Origin: Eledone cirrhosa
Lineage: Eukaryota
Length of the DNA: 64,000 bases
NCBI GenBank assembly: GCA_964016885.1
Contig: OZ024749.1
Span: forward strand, 7,874,001 to 7,938,000
Direction of reading: 5' to 3'
Made by a program: the position numbers and the translations under genes. Under the pieces are notes generated by a model that was given only the letters and a program-made list of their open reading frames with translations, made no database searches and had not been told where the DNA came from. Positions within the stretch are counted from its first letter, which is position 1. Each line of letters opens with the position of its first letter. This document shows, one piece after another, positions 28,395 to 41,889 of this stretch.

Positions 28395-28850
28395 ATGAAG
28401 AGAGGGCCGATTCCCCTCCTTCCAGAGGGTCCCTTCAGAAGCAACACTCTCCAACTAATCCGGCTGGACCCGCAAGCGAAACCAGCCAAGCTCATGGATG
28501 TTATCCAGTTTTTCTTCAGGTTCTATTCCTGGGTCTTCTTCCGTTTGGTTTTACCACTAAAATCTGTCCGGCGATTCTCTCCTGAGATATTCTAACCACA
28601 TGCCCATAGTATCGGAGCTGTGATCTCTCACTTCAGAGCATTAGTCATTCTACCTGGAGTGACTTTCAGATCTCTGAGTTACACACTTTATCCAAAGACC
28701 CTTCGTAGGAATGCCATTTAGGCCGCTTGTATTCGCAATTGTATTCTTTCGGTCAATACCCAAGATTCATGATCATGGGTAAGGGTTGACACGAAAACCG
28801 AATTGAAGATAGCGAGTTTTGCTTTTACGCCTACCTCCCATCTGATATCT
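28395..28850 (-). pseudogene. RTE-clade LINE 3' remnant
   Basis: Minus strand reads SQLRYYGHVVRI..KPNGRRPR, typical of an RTE C-terminus. Confidence 0.6.
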
Positions 28851-28988
28851 GAATGAATATTTAATATAATTTTCAGGACGTGAGTTCACAGAAGCAACGT
28901 AAAATTATGTGATTTGCTTAAGAACGCAAAACACAAATGTCTCGAGTAATCGAAACACCCTCCACACTAGGACATGTGCCGGAACATG

Positions 28989-29532
28989 TGATGTTTAGAG
29001 CTGCATTGGAACATCTCGAGGACTCGAACACGTGGCATTGAGATTGGCAGTTGAATAACCTAACCACTGGGAAGCATGTCTTCACAATTGGTGTTTAGGG
29101 TTGCATTGGAATACCTCGAGGAACCAAAACGCGGCATTACCATTGGCAGTGAAACATTCTAACAACTAGGAAACATGCCTTCACAATTGATCTTTAGAGT
29201 CCCCTTGAAATACTTGGAGGGATCGAACACGGGACGTGAAGATTGGCAGACCAGCATTCTAACAACTAGTAAACGTTCCCTGACAACTGATGTTTAGGGC
29301 TCGCTTGATATACCTCGAGGAAACAAAATAAGGCATTAATATTGACAACAACTTATTAATATTGACAGTGTAACAACTTAACAACAAGGAAACATGCCCT
29401 CACAATTGATGTTTAGTGCTGCCTTCAAACACCTTGAGGAACCGAACAGGTGACATTAATATTAACAGTGTAATATTCTAATAACTAGGAAGAATGTCTT
29501 CACATTTGATGTTTAGGGCTGCCTTGAAATAT
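28989..29532 (-). repeat. ~100-bp tandem repeat derived from a tRNA/SINE head
   Basis: Unit starts at 28989, 29089, 29188, 29288, 29407, 29507; minus strand has ccagtggttagg and gttcgagtcc. Confidence 0.75.
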
Positions 29533-29728
29533 CTTCTTAATGTTCCATTTGGAAGATCGAAATCATGAAACTCCATGTAATAATGCTTGAAGTTTTCAGC
29601 AAGAACACAATCTGATAATTCCCTCTATAATTAGAACTATTCAGCGTTCACCCTTCTAGTTTCCCTTGTGATGTGTATATACACACACAGATATATATAT
29701 ATGTATGTATGTATGTATATATACTATA

Positions 29729-29783
<55 letters not shown>

Positions 29784-30281
29784 TTGTATACATACATGTA
29801 TACATAAATACATACGCACATAGTTACATGCGTACATACATATATACATACATATGTATATACACATAAACAGACATACATGCATGCATGCATGCAAACA
29901 TACATACATATATGCATGCATACACATATACATACACACATACAGACACTCATCCATACGTATACACATATAAAGATGCATACATACATATATGCATACA
30001 TACGCACATGCATACATACACGTACATATATACACATACATACATACATATATACACACATATATATATATACATACATTCATACATACATACATACAAA
30101 CATCGTATGTCAACAACCATATTTCAAACATTTTCTAGCCTCATAATCATTTGCGAGATAGGAAAGTTACCTTAATGATATGGGGAGTAGTAGTAGTAGT
30201 AGTACAAAAGCAACAACAACAAAAACTACTACTTCTACTACTGCTACTACTACCACTACTACTACTGATAATAATAATAAT

Positions 30282-30468
30282 AATTGTCTACTTTTGGCAC
30301 AAGGCCAAAAATTATCCAGTACGTTACTGGTACTTTATTTTATCGACCCCGTAAGGATGAACGGCAAAGTTAAACTCGGCGGGATTTGAACTCAGACCGT
30401 AAAGGGACGTAACTATGCTAGAACGCTTGGCGTGTAACCCTCTACCGATACTGCCAATTCAACGCCCT
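30282..30468 (-). mobile_element. SINE1
   Basis: Matches the consensus; (ATT)n tail. Confidence 0.9.
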
Positions 30469-30547
30469 TATAATAATGCTTTCTTTATTAACCACAAGGG
30501 TATACATAAAGTAGACATTAAGGACAGTACAGGACAAAATAATAATG

Positions 30548-33500
30548 GTTTCTTTATTTGGCACAAGGGCTAATACGAAGAAACACATTAGGGACGGCAC
30601 AGAACAGTACAGAACGATACAAAGTGGGTTTTGATGGTGTAAACAGGTTATAACAAAATTGGGCTAGAAATCAAAAAAAATTCAAACAAAAAAAATTCCC
30701 CAAAAAGGGGGAAACCTCCGAGTGTCACTCGTGGCGAAAACCACACAAAAAGGCCACGGCCATTGACCACCAGGGCAAGCGCCCTCTCTCAGTTTTCCCA
30801 CTCCTCAGTCTACAGGCGCATACTCAGAGCGGGCCCGTTCACTCGGACCAGACTCGCCACTTTCACCCACCTTTCAACAAACTTACTAGAAGACAACACT
30901 TGCCTCTCCACCCTGATTTTCCTCTTCAAGTGAAACTCGAAAAAGTTAATCAGGGATTGGCCGAAGAGGAAAGTGTCCGTCTTCCACCCTTTCAACCTTG
31001 TCCACCACACAATCTCTTTCGCCATGGCCACCAGTCAGATGAAAACTGCCTGCCCTTCCCCCTCTTTAAAGGAGGATGGCGGGGCTATCTGCACAGTGGA
31101 CTCAGTTGATAACCGGATCCGTCCTACACGCGACAGCAGCTGTTCGACATAGCCCCACAAGTCAGCAATCCTCGGGCACTGAACGAGTGCGTGGAGCACA
31201 GTTTCGTTGCCCTGCGCGCATCTCGGACAGGCTCGGATGACAACACTTCCGTGCCTGTAGAGCTTATTCCGAACCGGCAACGCTCCCCGGTAGCACTGCT
31301 AGGCCAGGGATTTCTGGAAGTTGTCGATAGGCCCCGGTCTGAAAGTTCTCTTGAAGAGAGCGAACAGCTGATTGTCTTCGACGCCCAGGATCTCCCCGAG
31401 ACCGTCGTCGCTCTTTCCCTCAACTAGCCCTCTATAGAACGCTGAAGTGGATGTTCCACCGATACTAGTGCCCAGCTGGTAGAGGGCGGTGAGCGGTTGG
31501 AGACATTCCAGCTTCCAAGCGCTCTCCCTCGGTCTTTTCCTGATCCAGGACTGCAGCTCCGTCAATGAGACGAGCTGGGGAAAAGCGCGTCTGGCAAACG
31601 GCGACCACACCTGTCAAGGAAGCACCAGAGATGTCGCAGCCTCACCGCATGTTTGCGCATCATCATCCACGGCATGCCCAGTCCTCCACGCAGCGGGTGT
31701 TGACAGCAAATGGATCGTCTGACCATGGGAGCGCGTCCCTTCCACAAAAGGTGGAGAAGAAGGCGCTCAATTTTGGTCAGAGTTGGGCGGGGAAAGTTAC
31801 GACGGTCAGGCGGTAGCAAATGACGGATGAGATGTACGCATTCGCCACCTCCACCCGACCTTTCAGAGACAGCCTGCTCTCGGCCCATTTCTGGGTGAGA
31901 GAGTCCACCCTGCTCGTCACCTCTTTCCAGTTTTTCTCCATCTGGAGGTCCGGACCGAACCAGACCCCAAGCAATTTAACCAGGCCTTCCGTCCAGCGCC
32001 CCACGACGCTGTCGGACGACATACACTTGCCTCTCCAGGTGCCGAGTTGCAAGCGCACCGACTTTTCCTGGTTTATCTTTGCTCCTGTCACCGCTTTCTT
32101 TGAAAGCGGTGCCGAGCATCTGGACGGGTTTGGTGCTCGACACCACCACGGTGACGTCGTCAGCGTAAGCTGACCCGGATCACCCGCTACCCAGTTCTAG
32201 TGGGACGCCCCTTCATCGTCTCCAATTTGTGCAGTAACGAGGGCCAGTAGGTATAAGGGGACGAGAAGGTGCATCCCTCTCGGACTGAGCACATGATGCT
32301 GAAAGGCTGCGACAGGTCACTATTCACCCTCACAATCGAGTAGATGTCGCTGTGCATCGCAGCGATCCAGCCCCTAAAAACGGGCCCGAAGCCGGACGCC
32401 TCGAGGACCGCAGCCAGGTACCGATGGTTGACCCTATCAAATGTTTTAGACTGATCCAAGTTGATCAGGGCTCCACCCGTGCCAGGTTCCTTAACCACCC
32501 CCCTCTATGATGTATCGCATGAGATGGAGGTTGTCGTGGATGGAACTGTCCGGAATGGCGCATATCTGCGCCTCTCCCACCAGATCACCGTGGACCAGCG
32601 CCAATCTCGTTGCTAAAACCTTGACCAAAATCTTAGTTCAGCAGAATTATGGGCCTGAAGTTGTCTATAACGTCCCCCTTGTTCGGGTCTTTTCTCAGCA
32701 GAGCCATCGCTCCCCGGCACACAAAACTGGGAATGCCCCCGTTCTGCTGCCAGTTGCAGTAGACATCTGCATAGAGGTCGCCGAACAAGTCTGGCATATT
32801 CGCATAAAGCTCGTAGGGCAGACTATCCAAACCTGGCGATTTACCCCTCGTGCAGTCAGACATCGCTTCCCGTATTTCATCTGCTGTTATCGGCTTTTCG
32901 CGGCACTGCGCTGCGGTCGTCGAGAGCTGCGGCAGTCCGTCGAGGTATGCAGCGAAGTCCATACTACGATCCGGCCCGCCGCCACTCCCGAACAATTGAG
33001 CAAAGTGCTGTTGAAAAGCCGCACACATCTGCTTGGGTTTGAGCAACATGCGCTCGTTTTGATCAGGCAAAGACGAATTGTGGACTAGTTGCCACGTCGC
33101 GTGCTCCACCACCCGGGCCCATTGAACGGCTTTCGTCCCCTCGTGTCTTAGAACACGCGCTCTAGCTCTGACAACGCAGCCTTCATGCTTTGCGTTGAAG
33201 AATTGGTCGCGTGGCAATCTCGCCGCAAGCACGTCGGTTGCGATGCCTGTCCTAAACGCCTCTTCTAGCTTTCTAACTAACTCTCCCTCTATTCTATTTT
33301 CCTATATCCCTACTCCTTTGCCAAACCTTATCTATTCTACTCTAATAGCCCTTTTCCAGGGTAAACCACCACCTGTTGTTGACGATCGCACCCGTTAACG
33401 CATGATTAATTAATTCGTTAATCTAAGCCTCTCCGAAATCCAAACACAGTAAATCCAAGCACGAAAAGCCACGGCAACCCCTCCCCCGATCCTGGACGGC

Positions 33501-35650
33501 TGGGAGATGCATATACATCGTAGCCGCCGAGGATCAGTGTGAAGGCTCGTGCTTCGGAGATTCTGGTCTCGCTCATGGCCACCACATCTATGTTTAGTGA
33601 TCTGAGGTCGTTGAGCAGGTGGCCCCGCATCCAAGATGACCCCAGGCCACGTACATTTATACTGCCTATTCTAATGTTGGATGAGAAACAGAGTAAGTGA
33701 CAAAGGACCACTTACCTTGATCATGTGGTGAAGGGACAGTAGAACCGTCCCTTTGGCTGGTCATGGGTATTTCCAAGATAATGTCGGTGTATATCCACTT
33801 GGTAACCGACCCTCTGAAGTCTGCAACTGCGTTGGGGAATTTTTGTTTTAAAAGTTTGTAATGTTCTATTTTGATTTCAATTATGTTTATGTTTGTCGGG
33901 AGTGTTCTTGGTGTTGGTGGGGTGTAGTAGCTGTTTTCTGTGATGTATGTGCGCTGCTTTATTTTCCATGTTTATGGCTGTGTACTTTTTGGTGGGAGGG
34001 GCGATTATGTTGCTGTTTTCTTGTTGTTGCTGTTGGGTGGGTGTGTTTTGTTGTGTTTGCGATGTTGGTGTTTTTGGTGATGCTGGTGGTGGTGTGGTTG
34101 TTGTTGGTGGCCATGATTGTGGTGGTGATAGTGATGGTGTTGCTGCAAGTCTCCTTGCAGCCTTTACCCCTCTTTGTCTGCCTTCGCTTTTGGAGGGTAA
34201 AGCTAAGGGTTTGCCACTTCCCTCCCGCCTCACACTCCATGTCGGACCCCGTGGCGTCCGGGAGGGGCATGATCTCCACTGCTGTTGGTGGTGGTAGTGG
34301 AGCCCGCTCCGGCGATTTTGCCGCCGGTGTAGCTACTGCGACTGTTGGTGTTGTCGCCACTGCTGCCGCTGCTTTAGTTGTCCGTGGCCTTGTAGGGATG
34401 CCACGGACGTTACCATCCTACTCACCATGGAAGGGTCTTCTGCCTCTGTTGCCTGCTCTGATCTTGGTAGCAGCGGATCAGGCGTCGGAAGGAGGGGGCC
34501 CCTCTTCTTCGCTGTCTTCTGCGAGCAGAAGGCCCCGAGGTGACCCACAGTGATAGCACTTTGGGCGCCTTCTTTCCACGCTGATAGGGAGTTGAAGCCC
34601 TTCTTCGAGGTCTATGATGTCTGGGATGGCCTCAATGCACTCCTGGTCAGTCTGTATTAGCATTTGCATGCCTATTCCTGACAACTTCCCTCTTCCCATT
34701 CTCTGTATTTGCAGTATGGTGATCTTCTTCTCGATTCCAACCAGTACAGACGCAGCCAGTCAAGGTATGAGCACGTCGGGCGGGACCTGGGTCACTTTGA
34801 CCCTCACAATTTTCTGCCCGCAATAGGAGGGCACCAAGACTATCTCCTCACCCTTTAGGGTTTCCAAAGAGTGAGACTTCGCCTCTTGGTGGGTGGCGAA
34901 AAGTTCGTCTACTGTGGCGTACTTTTTACCTCGGGTGATGTGGGTTTTGCGCGCCCAGCCGCACCCCAAGGCCTTTTGGATTTGAGCCCGCGTGGTTCTC
35001 TCCACCCGATGTGACATTTTGCTTACGGTGCGGTAAGTCACCGTGCGCAGCTGCTGGTCATTGAAGAATCGGGTGGAGGTTTCAGGGAAACTCTGCCGTC
35101 GTTTCTCGACACCATGGTTCTTGCGACTGCCATCTCCTCCTTCGTGACTAGCACTGACTCTATATTTCGGGCCACACCTGCTTAAGAAGTGGCCCATTTT
35201 TCAGCGGCACCATTATTGCTGCCGCTACTGGTCTTGTTGTTTGTGCTGTTGCTACTGCTACAAACGGTGTTGTTGTTGTTGGTGTTGTAGTTGGTTGTGT
35301 TTTTGGTGCCACCGTTGTTATTGTTTTCGGTGTAATTTGTATTGTTGCTGTTGGTGTTGTCGTTGTTTATTTTCTTGTTAGTAGTGTTAATATCGTTGTT
35401 GCATTTGTTGTCATTTTGGTTGACGATGTTATTGTTGTAGTTGGTGTGGTAATATTTTCAAAATTAGTGTTCTCAGTGTTGTCTTTGTTCACGTTGTTTG
35501 TGGTGGTGTCTGTTGTATGAATTTCACTAACCCTCCTCTCAACTTTTACGCCGTTGTCGCACGACAGCCGACATATTGCTGGGGGGCGTGGCTCAGCCAT
35601 GTTTTTTTTTATTTTAATTTTCAAGAGTAATATGTTCAAATGTTGTTCAA
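30548..35650 (-). pseudogene. Decayed near full-length L1/Tx1-clade LINE (ORF1 with zinc knuckle; ORF2 APE-RT-CCHC)
   Basis: ORF1 pieces 33860-35600 (PKCYHCG); APE start IGSINVRGL..DVVAMSET (33418-33711); GKSPGLDSLPYELY, NFRPIILLN, LDQSKTFDRVNH, AYADD at ~32150-32170; CPRC..ETVLHALVQC. Many frameshifts, and most of the APE is deleted. 5' boundary approximate. Confidence 0.88.
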
Positions 35651-35829
35651 ATATTTGGGCCAAAAGGCCTAAATATTATACTTTCCCCTTCACAGGGCCA
35701 AATCCAAGGACTTATATCCCTTACACAACAACAAAAATTTAACAACAAATAATTATAACAGGCAAATAAAGCGACTTACTTTGGGAGCGAGCAAAAGACG
35801 TCCGATTAGTCCAATAATAGACTCACAAT

Positions 35830-36407
35830 AAAGGCAGGAGACATGATGTGATGGGCAGGGTGATCCACTGGCACCTATGCAAAGTAAACAATTTACCACT
35901 TTCTGAGAAGTGGTATGAGCATAAGCCAGAGTCGCTGATAGAAAACGATCAGGTGAAGGTGCTATGGGATTTTAGGATACAGACGGACAAGAAATTAGAA
36001 CACAATAGGTCTGACTTGGTGGTTTTGACAAGGAAAAAAGATCATGCCTGATTGTAGATGTAGCCTATTTGACACGAGAGTGCAAGAAAAGGAGAGGGAG
36101 GACATTAACCGATATCAGGACTTAAAGTGGTTGGTAAATGATATGGAACTGCCATGAAATCAAGGTCGTCCCGATTGCCATAGGCGCACTAGGTACAATA
36201 TCAAAGAGTTTCCAAGGATGGTTAAAGAAGATTAGTCCAGCCCGCTTTTTGGAACACTTCAAAAGGCATACTTGCTGGGAACAGCAAGAACCCTCCGATA
36301 CGTCCTGAATATCTGAGGCTGCAGGTAGTGGCTTGATATTCATTTCAACAAACTTTCCAGTTAAATAACATCAATGACTGAGACTCAAAGAACAATAATA
36401 ATAATAA
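35830..36407 (+). pseudogene. R4/Dong-like 3' fragment (RLE domain, (AAT)n tail)
   Basis: RHDVMGRVIHWHLC..WDFRIQTDKKLEHNRSDLVV..VPIAIGALG; ends in aataataat. Confidence 0.8.
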
Positions 36408-36547
36408 TGGGTTCTTATAGAGGCACAAGGCTAGCAATTGCGGGGGGGGGGGGTCGATTAAATCAACCCCAGTACATTACTGGTACTTTATTTTATCGAC
36501 CCCGTAAGGATGAAAGGCAAAGTTAATCTCGGCGGGATTTGAACTCA
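36408..36547 (-). mobile_element. SINE1, 5'-truncated
   Basis: Body and tail match the consensus. Confidence 0.8.
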
Positions 36548-36639
36548 TGAGAACAACAACAACAACAACAAGAAGATCGAGAAAAAAGAAAGAACGCCAG
36601 AAAAATAGAAAGAAATTACCATAAAACGTGTTGTTCATA

Positions 36640-36910
36640 ATGATGACTATGATGATGACTGATGACTATGGCGATGATGATGATGACTCTGGCGATGATG
36701 ATGACTCTGGCGATGACGATGATTATGATGATGACGATGACTATGGCGATGATGATGATGATGACTATGATGATGATGATGACTATGGCGATGATGATGA
36801 CTATGATGATCATGATGATGATGATGATGACTATGGCGATGATGATGACTATGGCGATGATGATGACTATCATGATGATGACGATGACTATGGCGATGAT
36901 GATGACTATA
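36640..36910 (+). repeat. (GAT)n compound repeat with gactatggc
   Basis: Direct inspection. Confidence 0.9.
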
Positions 36911-36998
36911 TTGAAGAAAAGAAGGAGGAATGTGTTAGGCCATTACCTGTGGAGATAAAGCAGGTGATAGAGAAGGTGTTGTGTGGGGTCCTGCTTGG

Positions 36999-37031
<33 letters not shown>

Positions 37032-37209
37032 GGTGTGTGTGTGGGTGCGTGCGTGCGTGCGTGTGTGTGTGTGTGTGCGTGTGCGTGTGTGCGTGTGTCG
37101 GGGTAAAGCTGCTCGCGTGTGTATCTGTCTGTCCGTATGTATGTATGTGTGTGCACGCGCGCCAGAATGACGGAAGTCCGCGTTGAGAGTAGAGGGGTGG
37201 TGAGGGAGA

Positions 37210-39445
37210 GAGGGGGAAGGAGTTAGGTTGAGGGGGTGGAAGTTAGGTTGAGGGGGAGGGGGAAGTTAGGTTGAGGGGGAGGGGGAAGTTAGGTTGAGGG
37301 GGGAGTTAGGTTGAGGGGGGAAGGAAGTTAGGTTGAGGGGGGAAGGAAGTTAGGTTGAGGGGGGAAGGAGTTAGGTTAAGGGGGGAAGGAAGTTAGGTTG
37401 AGGGGGAGGGGGAAGTTAGGTTGAGGGGGAGTTAGGTTGAGGGGGGAAGGAAGTTAGGTTGAGGGGGGAAGGAAGTTGGTTTGAGGGGGGGAGGAAGTTA
37501 GGTTGAGGGGGAAGTTAGGTTGATGGGGGAAGGAAGTTAGGTTGAGGGGGGCAAGGAAGTTGGTTTGAGGGGGGGAAGGAAGTTAGGTTGAGGGGGGAAG
37601 GAAGTTAGGTTGAGGGGGAAGGAAGTTAGGTTGAGTGGGGGAAGGAAGTTAGGTTGAGGGGGGAAGGAAGTTAGGTTGAGTGGGGAAGGAAGTTAGGTTG
37701 AGTGGGGAAGGAAGTTAGGTTGAGGGGAGGGAAGGAAGTTAGGTTGAGTGGGGAAGGAAGTTAGGTTGAGGGGGGGAAGGAAGTTTGGTTGAGGGGGGAA
37801 GGAAGTTAGGTTGAGGGGGGGAAGGAAGTTAGGTTGAGGGGGGAAGGAAGTTAGGTTGAGGGGGGGAAGGAAGTTAGGTTGAGGGGGGAAGGAAGTTAGG
37901 TTGAGTGGGGAAGGAAGTTAGGTTGAGGGTGGGAAGGAAGTTAGGTTGAGGAGGGAAGGAAGTTAGGTTGAGGGGGGAAGGAAGTTAGGTTGAGGGGGGA
38001 AGGAAGTTAGGTTGAGGGCGGAAGGAAGTTAGGTTGAGTGGGGAAGGAAGTTAGGTTGAGGGTGGGAAGGAAGTTAGGTTGAGGAGGGAAGGAAGTTAGG
38101 TTGAGGGGGGAAGGAAGTTAGGTTGAGGGGGGAAGGAAGTTAGGTTGAGGGGAGGGAAGGAAGTTAGGTTGAGTGGGGGAAGGAAGTTAGGTTGAGGGTG
38201 GGAAGGAAGTTAGGTTGAGGAGGGAAGGAAGTTAGGTTGAGGGGGGAAGGAAGTTAGGTTGAGGGGGGAAGGAAGTTAGGTTGAGGGGAGGGAAGGAAGT
38301 TAGGTTGAGTGGGGGAAGGAAGTTAGGTTGAGGGGGGAAGGAAGTTAGGTTGAGTGGGGAAGGAAGTTAGGTTGAGGGGAGGGAAGGAAGTTAGGTTGAG
38401 GGGGGAAGGAAGTTAGGTTGAGGGGAGGGAAGGAAGTTAGGTTGAGTGGGGGAAGGAAGTTAGGTTGAGGGTGGGAAGGAAGTTAGGTTGAGGAGGGAAG
38501 GAAGTTAGGTTGAGGGGGGAAGGAAGTTAGGTTGAGGGGGGAAGGAAGTTAGGTTGAGGGGGGAAGGAAGTTAGGTTGAGGGGAGGGAAGGAAGTTAGGT
38601 TGAGTGGGGGAAGGAAGTTAGGTTGAGGGGGGAAGGAAGTTAGGTTGAGTGGGGAAGGAAGTTAGGTTGAGGGGAGGGAAGGAAGTTAGGTTGAGGGGGG
38701 AAGGAAGTTAGGTTGAGGGGAGGGAAGGAAGTTAGGTTGAGTGGGGGAAGGAAGTTAGGTTGAGGGGAGGGAAGGAAGTTAGGTTGAGGGGGAAGGAAGT
38801 TAGGTTGAGGGGGGAAGGAATTTAGGTTGAGGGGGAAGGAAGTTAGGTTGAGGGGGGAATTTAGGTGAAGGGGGGAAGGAAGTTAGGTTGAGGGGGGGGG
38901 GGTTAGGTTGAGGGGGGAAGAAAGTTAGGTTGAGGGTGGAAGAAAGTTAGTTGAGGGGAAGAAAGTTAGGTGAGGGGAGAAGAAAGTTAGGTGAGGGGGG
39001 GGAAGGAAGTTAGGTTGAGTGGGGAAGGAAGTTAGGTTGAGGGGGGGAAGGAAATTAGGTTGAGGGGGAAGGAAGTTAGGTTGAGGGGGGAAGGAATTTA
39101 GGTTGAGGGGGAAGGAAGTTAGGTTGAGGGGGGAATTTAGGTGAAGGGGGGAAGGAAGTTAGGTTGAGGGGGGGGGGGGGTTAGGTTGAGGGGGGAAGAA
39201 AGTTAGGTTGAGGGTGGAAGAAAGTTAGTTGAGGGGAAGAAAGTTAGGTGAGGGGAGAAGAAAGTTAGGTGAGGGGGGGGGAGAAAGTTAGGTTGAGGGG
39301 GGAAGAAGTTAGGTTGAGGGGGGAGAAGTTAGGTGAGGAGGAGAAGAAAGTTAGGTGAAGGGGAAGAAAGTTAGGTGAGGAGGAGAAGAAAGTTAGGTGA
39401 AGGGGAAGAAAGTTAGGTGAGGAGGGGGGAGTTCATTTGAGGGGA
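37210..39445 (+). repeat. G-rich minisatellite, ~22-bp unit ggaaggaagttaggttgagggg
   Basis: Roughly 100 units, almost C-free on the plus strand. Confidence 0.97.
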
Positions 39446-39549
39446 GGATAAGTGAGGGTTACATTGTTGAAAGGGGTCTGGTTGTAGATGAAAGGATGTT
39501 ATAGGAAGACTTAACGGGAAGCTGGATGGCTTTTGTTCTGTGTGTATTG

Positions 39550-39659
39550 TACACATACATACATATATATATATTCATGTATATATATATAGAGAGAGAT
39601 ATGTATATATATATATAGATATGTATATATATATATAGATATGTATATATATATATAGG

Positions 39660-39695
<36 letters not shown>

Positions 39696-40104
39696 TATAT
39701 ATATATACATATCTATAAATATATATTTATAGATATGTATATATATATATATGTACACGTGTATAGATATACATATATAGATATGTATATGTACATATAT
39801 ATATACATATATATATATGTATACACATATATATATACATATATTTATATGTATACATATATGCATATACATATATATATATGTATGTATACATATATAC
39901 ATATACATATATGTATACATATATGCATATACATATATATATATATATATGTATGTATACATATATACATATACATATATACATATATATATATATATGT
40001 ATGTATACATATATACATATACATATATACATATATATATATATATGTTTGTATACATATACACATATATATATATATATATATATATGTATACATATAT
40101 ACAT

Positions 40105-40135
<31 letters not shown>

Positions 40136-40488
40136 TACATATATACATATATATATACATATATATATATATGTATACATATATACATATATATATATGT
40201 GTGTTTACATATATACATATACATGTGTGTATATACTTATATACATATACACATGTGTATACATATGTATAGATATGCATATATAGATATCCATATATAG
40301 ATATATGTATATATATACATATACATATATATGTATACATTTACATATATACATATATGTATGCATATATATATATGTGTACATATACGTATACATATAT
40401 GTATATATGTATACATATATACATATATACATATATACATACATATATACATATATACATATACATGTGTGTAGATATACATATGTGG

Positions 40489-40533
<45 letters not shown>

Positions 40534-40587
40534 TAGATATACATATATAGATATAAATGTGGAGATATATATATATAGATATATATA
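39550..40587. repeat. (TA)n/(TACA) compound microsatellite
   Basis: Direct inspection. Confidence 0.95.
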
Positions 40588-40725
40588 ACGAAGGAAATGT
40601 GGTAAGGAACCAGGTGGACCATAACGCACCAAAGTACTCAATACTTAGGTTAGTAGAGTGGGTAATAGGAACGAGTAGGACCCCTATGGCTGAGCTCAGC
40701 CGTCGGGGTCCTACTCGTTCCTATA
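40587..40725 (-). mobile_element. Family A element with short fold-back
   Basis: Hairpin centred on gagctc (~40693-40698). Confidence 0.7.
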
Positions 40726-41457
40726 TATATATATATAGAGAGAGAGATACATATATAGATATACATATGTGAATATATCTCTCTCTATATATATATATGT
40801 ACATATACGTATGTGTATATACGTACATATACATATATATATATATATACATATATATACCAGACCTGAGGGATGCACGGGCTCAGGAGAGCCACAGAGT
40901 AATATGGTGGAACTTCAGTGGTGTGGGAGTGGAGTTGTTGCTCGGGAGTGCTGTGGTCAGTGCCTGTCGTACACTCTGGGGCATCCTTTTGTGAGAGGGG
41001 GGCGGACTCGTGGCGAACTCGGGACGACGCGATAAATGTTTAAGCTAATGTTCAATATCTCATATTAGATCCTTATATTATAAATTCACTTAAGTGATTA
41101 TCGTGTCGTCTTGAGTTCGTTGTGAGTCTCTTTTTTGTGAAAAGATGCCCCGTTCGTGTGAGATGGATGGTGGTTGCAATGTTTTTTGAGCAGCAACTCT
41201 GGTCCCACACTTTTGAAGGTTTGTTATAACATTCTGTGGTTCTTTTGGACTTGCGCATTTTTCACTTCTAGTTTAATATTTTTTTAAGGCAACGCTTGTA
41301 ATAACTAAAGTTAAACACCATATATATTATTAAATTATCGTTGTAATGTAATTAGATTCTGAAGTGGACTAGCTAAAGTGATTAACGTAAATAAAAAGTT
41401 ATGAAAGTATAGTAGATAAACACAGACATACACACACACACACACTCACAATATATA

Positions 41458-41507
<50 letters not shown>

Positions 41508-41510
<3 letters not shown>

Positions 41511-41643
41511 CGAAGGAAATGTGGTAAAGTAGGAAGGAAACGCACCAAAGTACTCAATACTTAGGGTAGTAGAGTGGGTAATAGGAACGAGTAGGACCCC
41601 GACGGCTGAGCTCAAGCCGTTTCGACGGCTAATTCTGGACTCA
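41508..41643 (-). mobile_element. Family A element
   Basis: Between (TA)n tracts; ends at ...ctggactca. Confidence 0.7.
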
Positions 41644-41858
41644 TATATATATATATATATATACAGAGATAAATCCACCAATTAATGGTAGGGTCTAAGC
41701 CGTATGAATAACTCAATGTAATCCGTATGTAGATGTCGTGAAGCAAAGTTTAAAATACAAAATTTCAACGATATAATTCATGGGAAGCAGAGTCAAAATA
41801 ATACAAATAGTGAAAACAATGAAATTAAACAAAATTTCATTGTTTTGACTATTTGTAT

Positions 41859-41886
<28 letters not shown>

Positions 41887-41889
<3 letters not shown>

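Noticed and set aside
36628-37170. Asp-rich 180-aa ORF
   Set aside because: It is built from (GAT)n and (GT)n repeats with no gene structure.
37210-39445. Telomeric array
   Set aside because: TTAGG occurs once per 22-bp unit, not as tandem telomere repeats.
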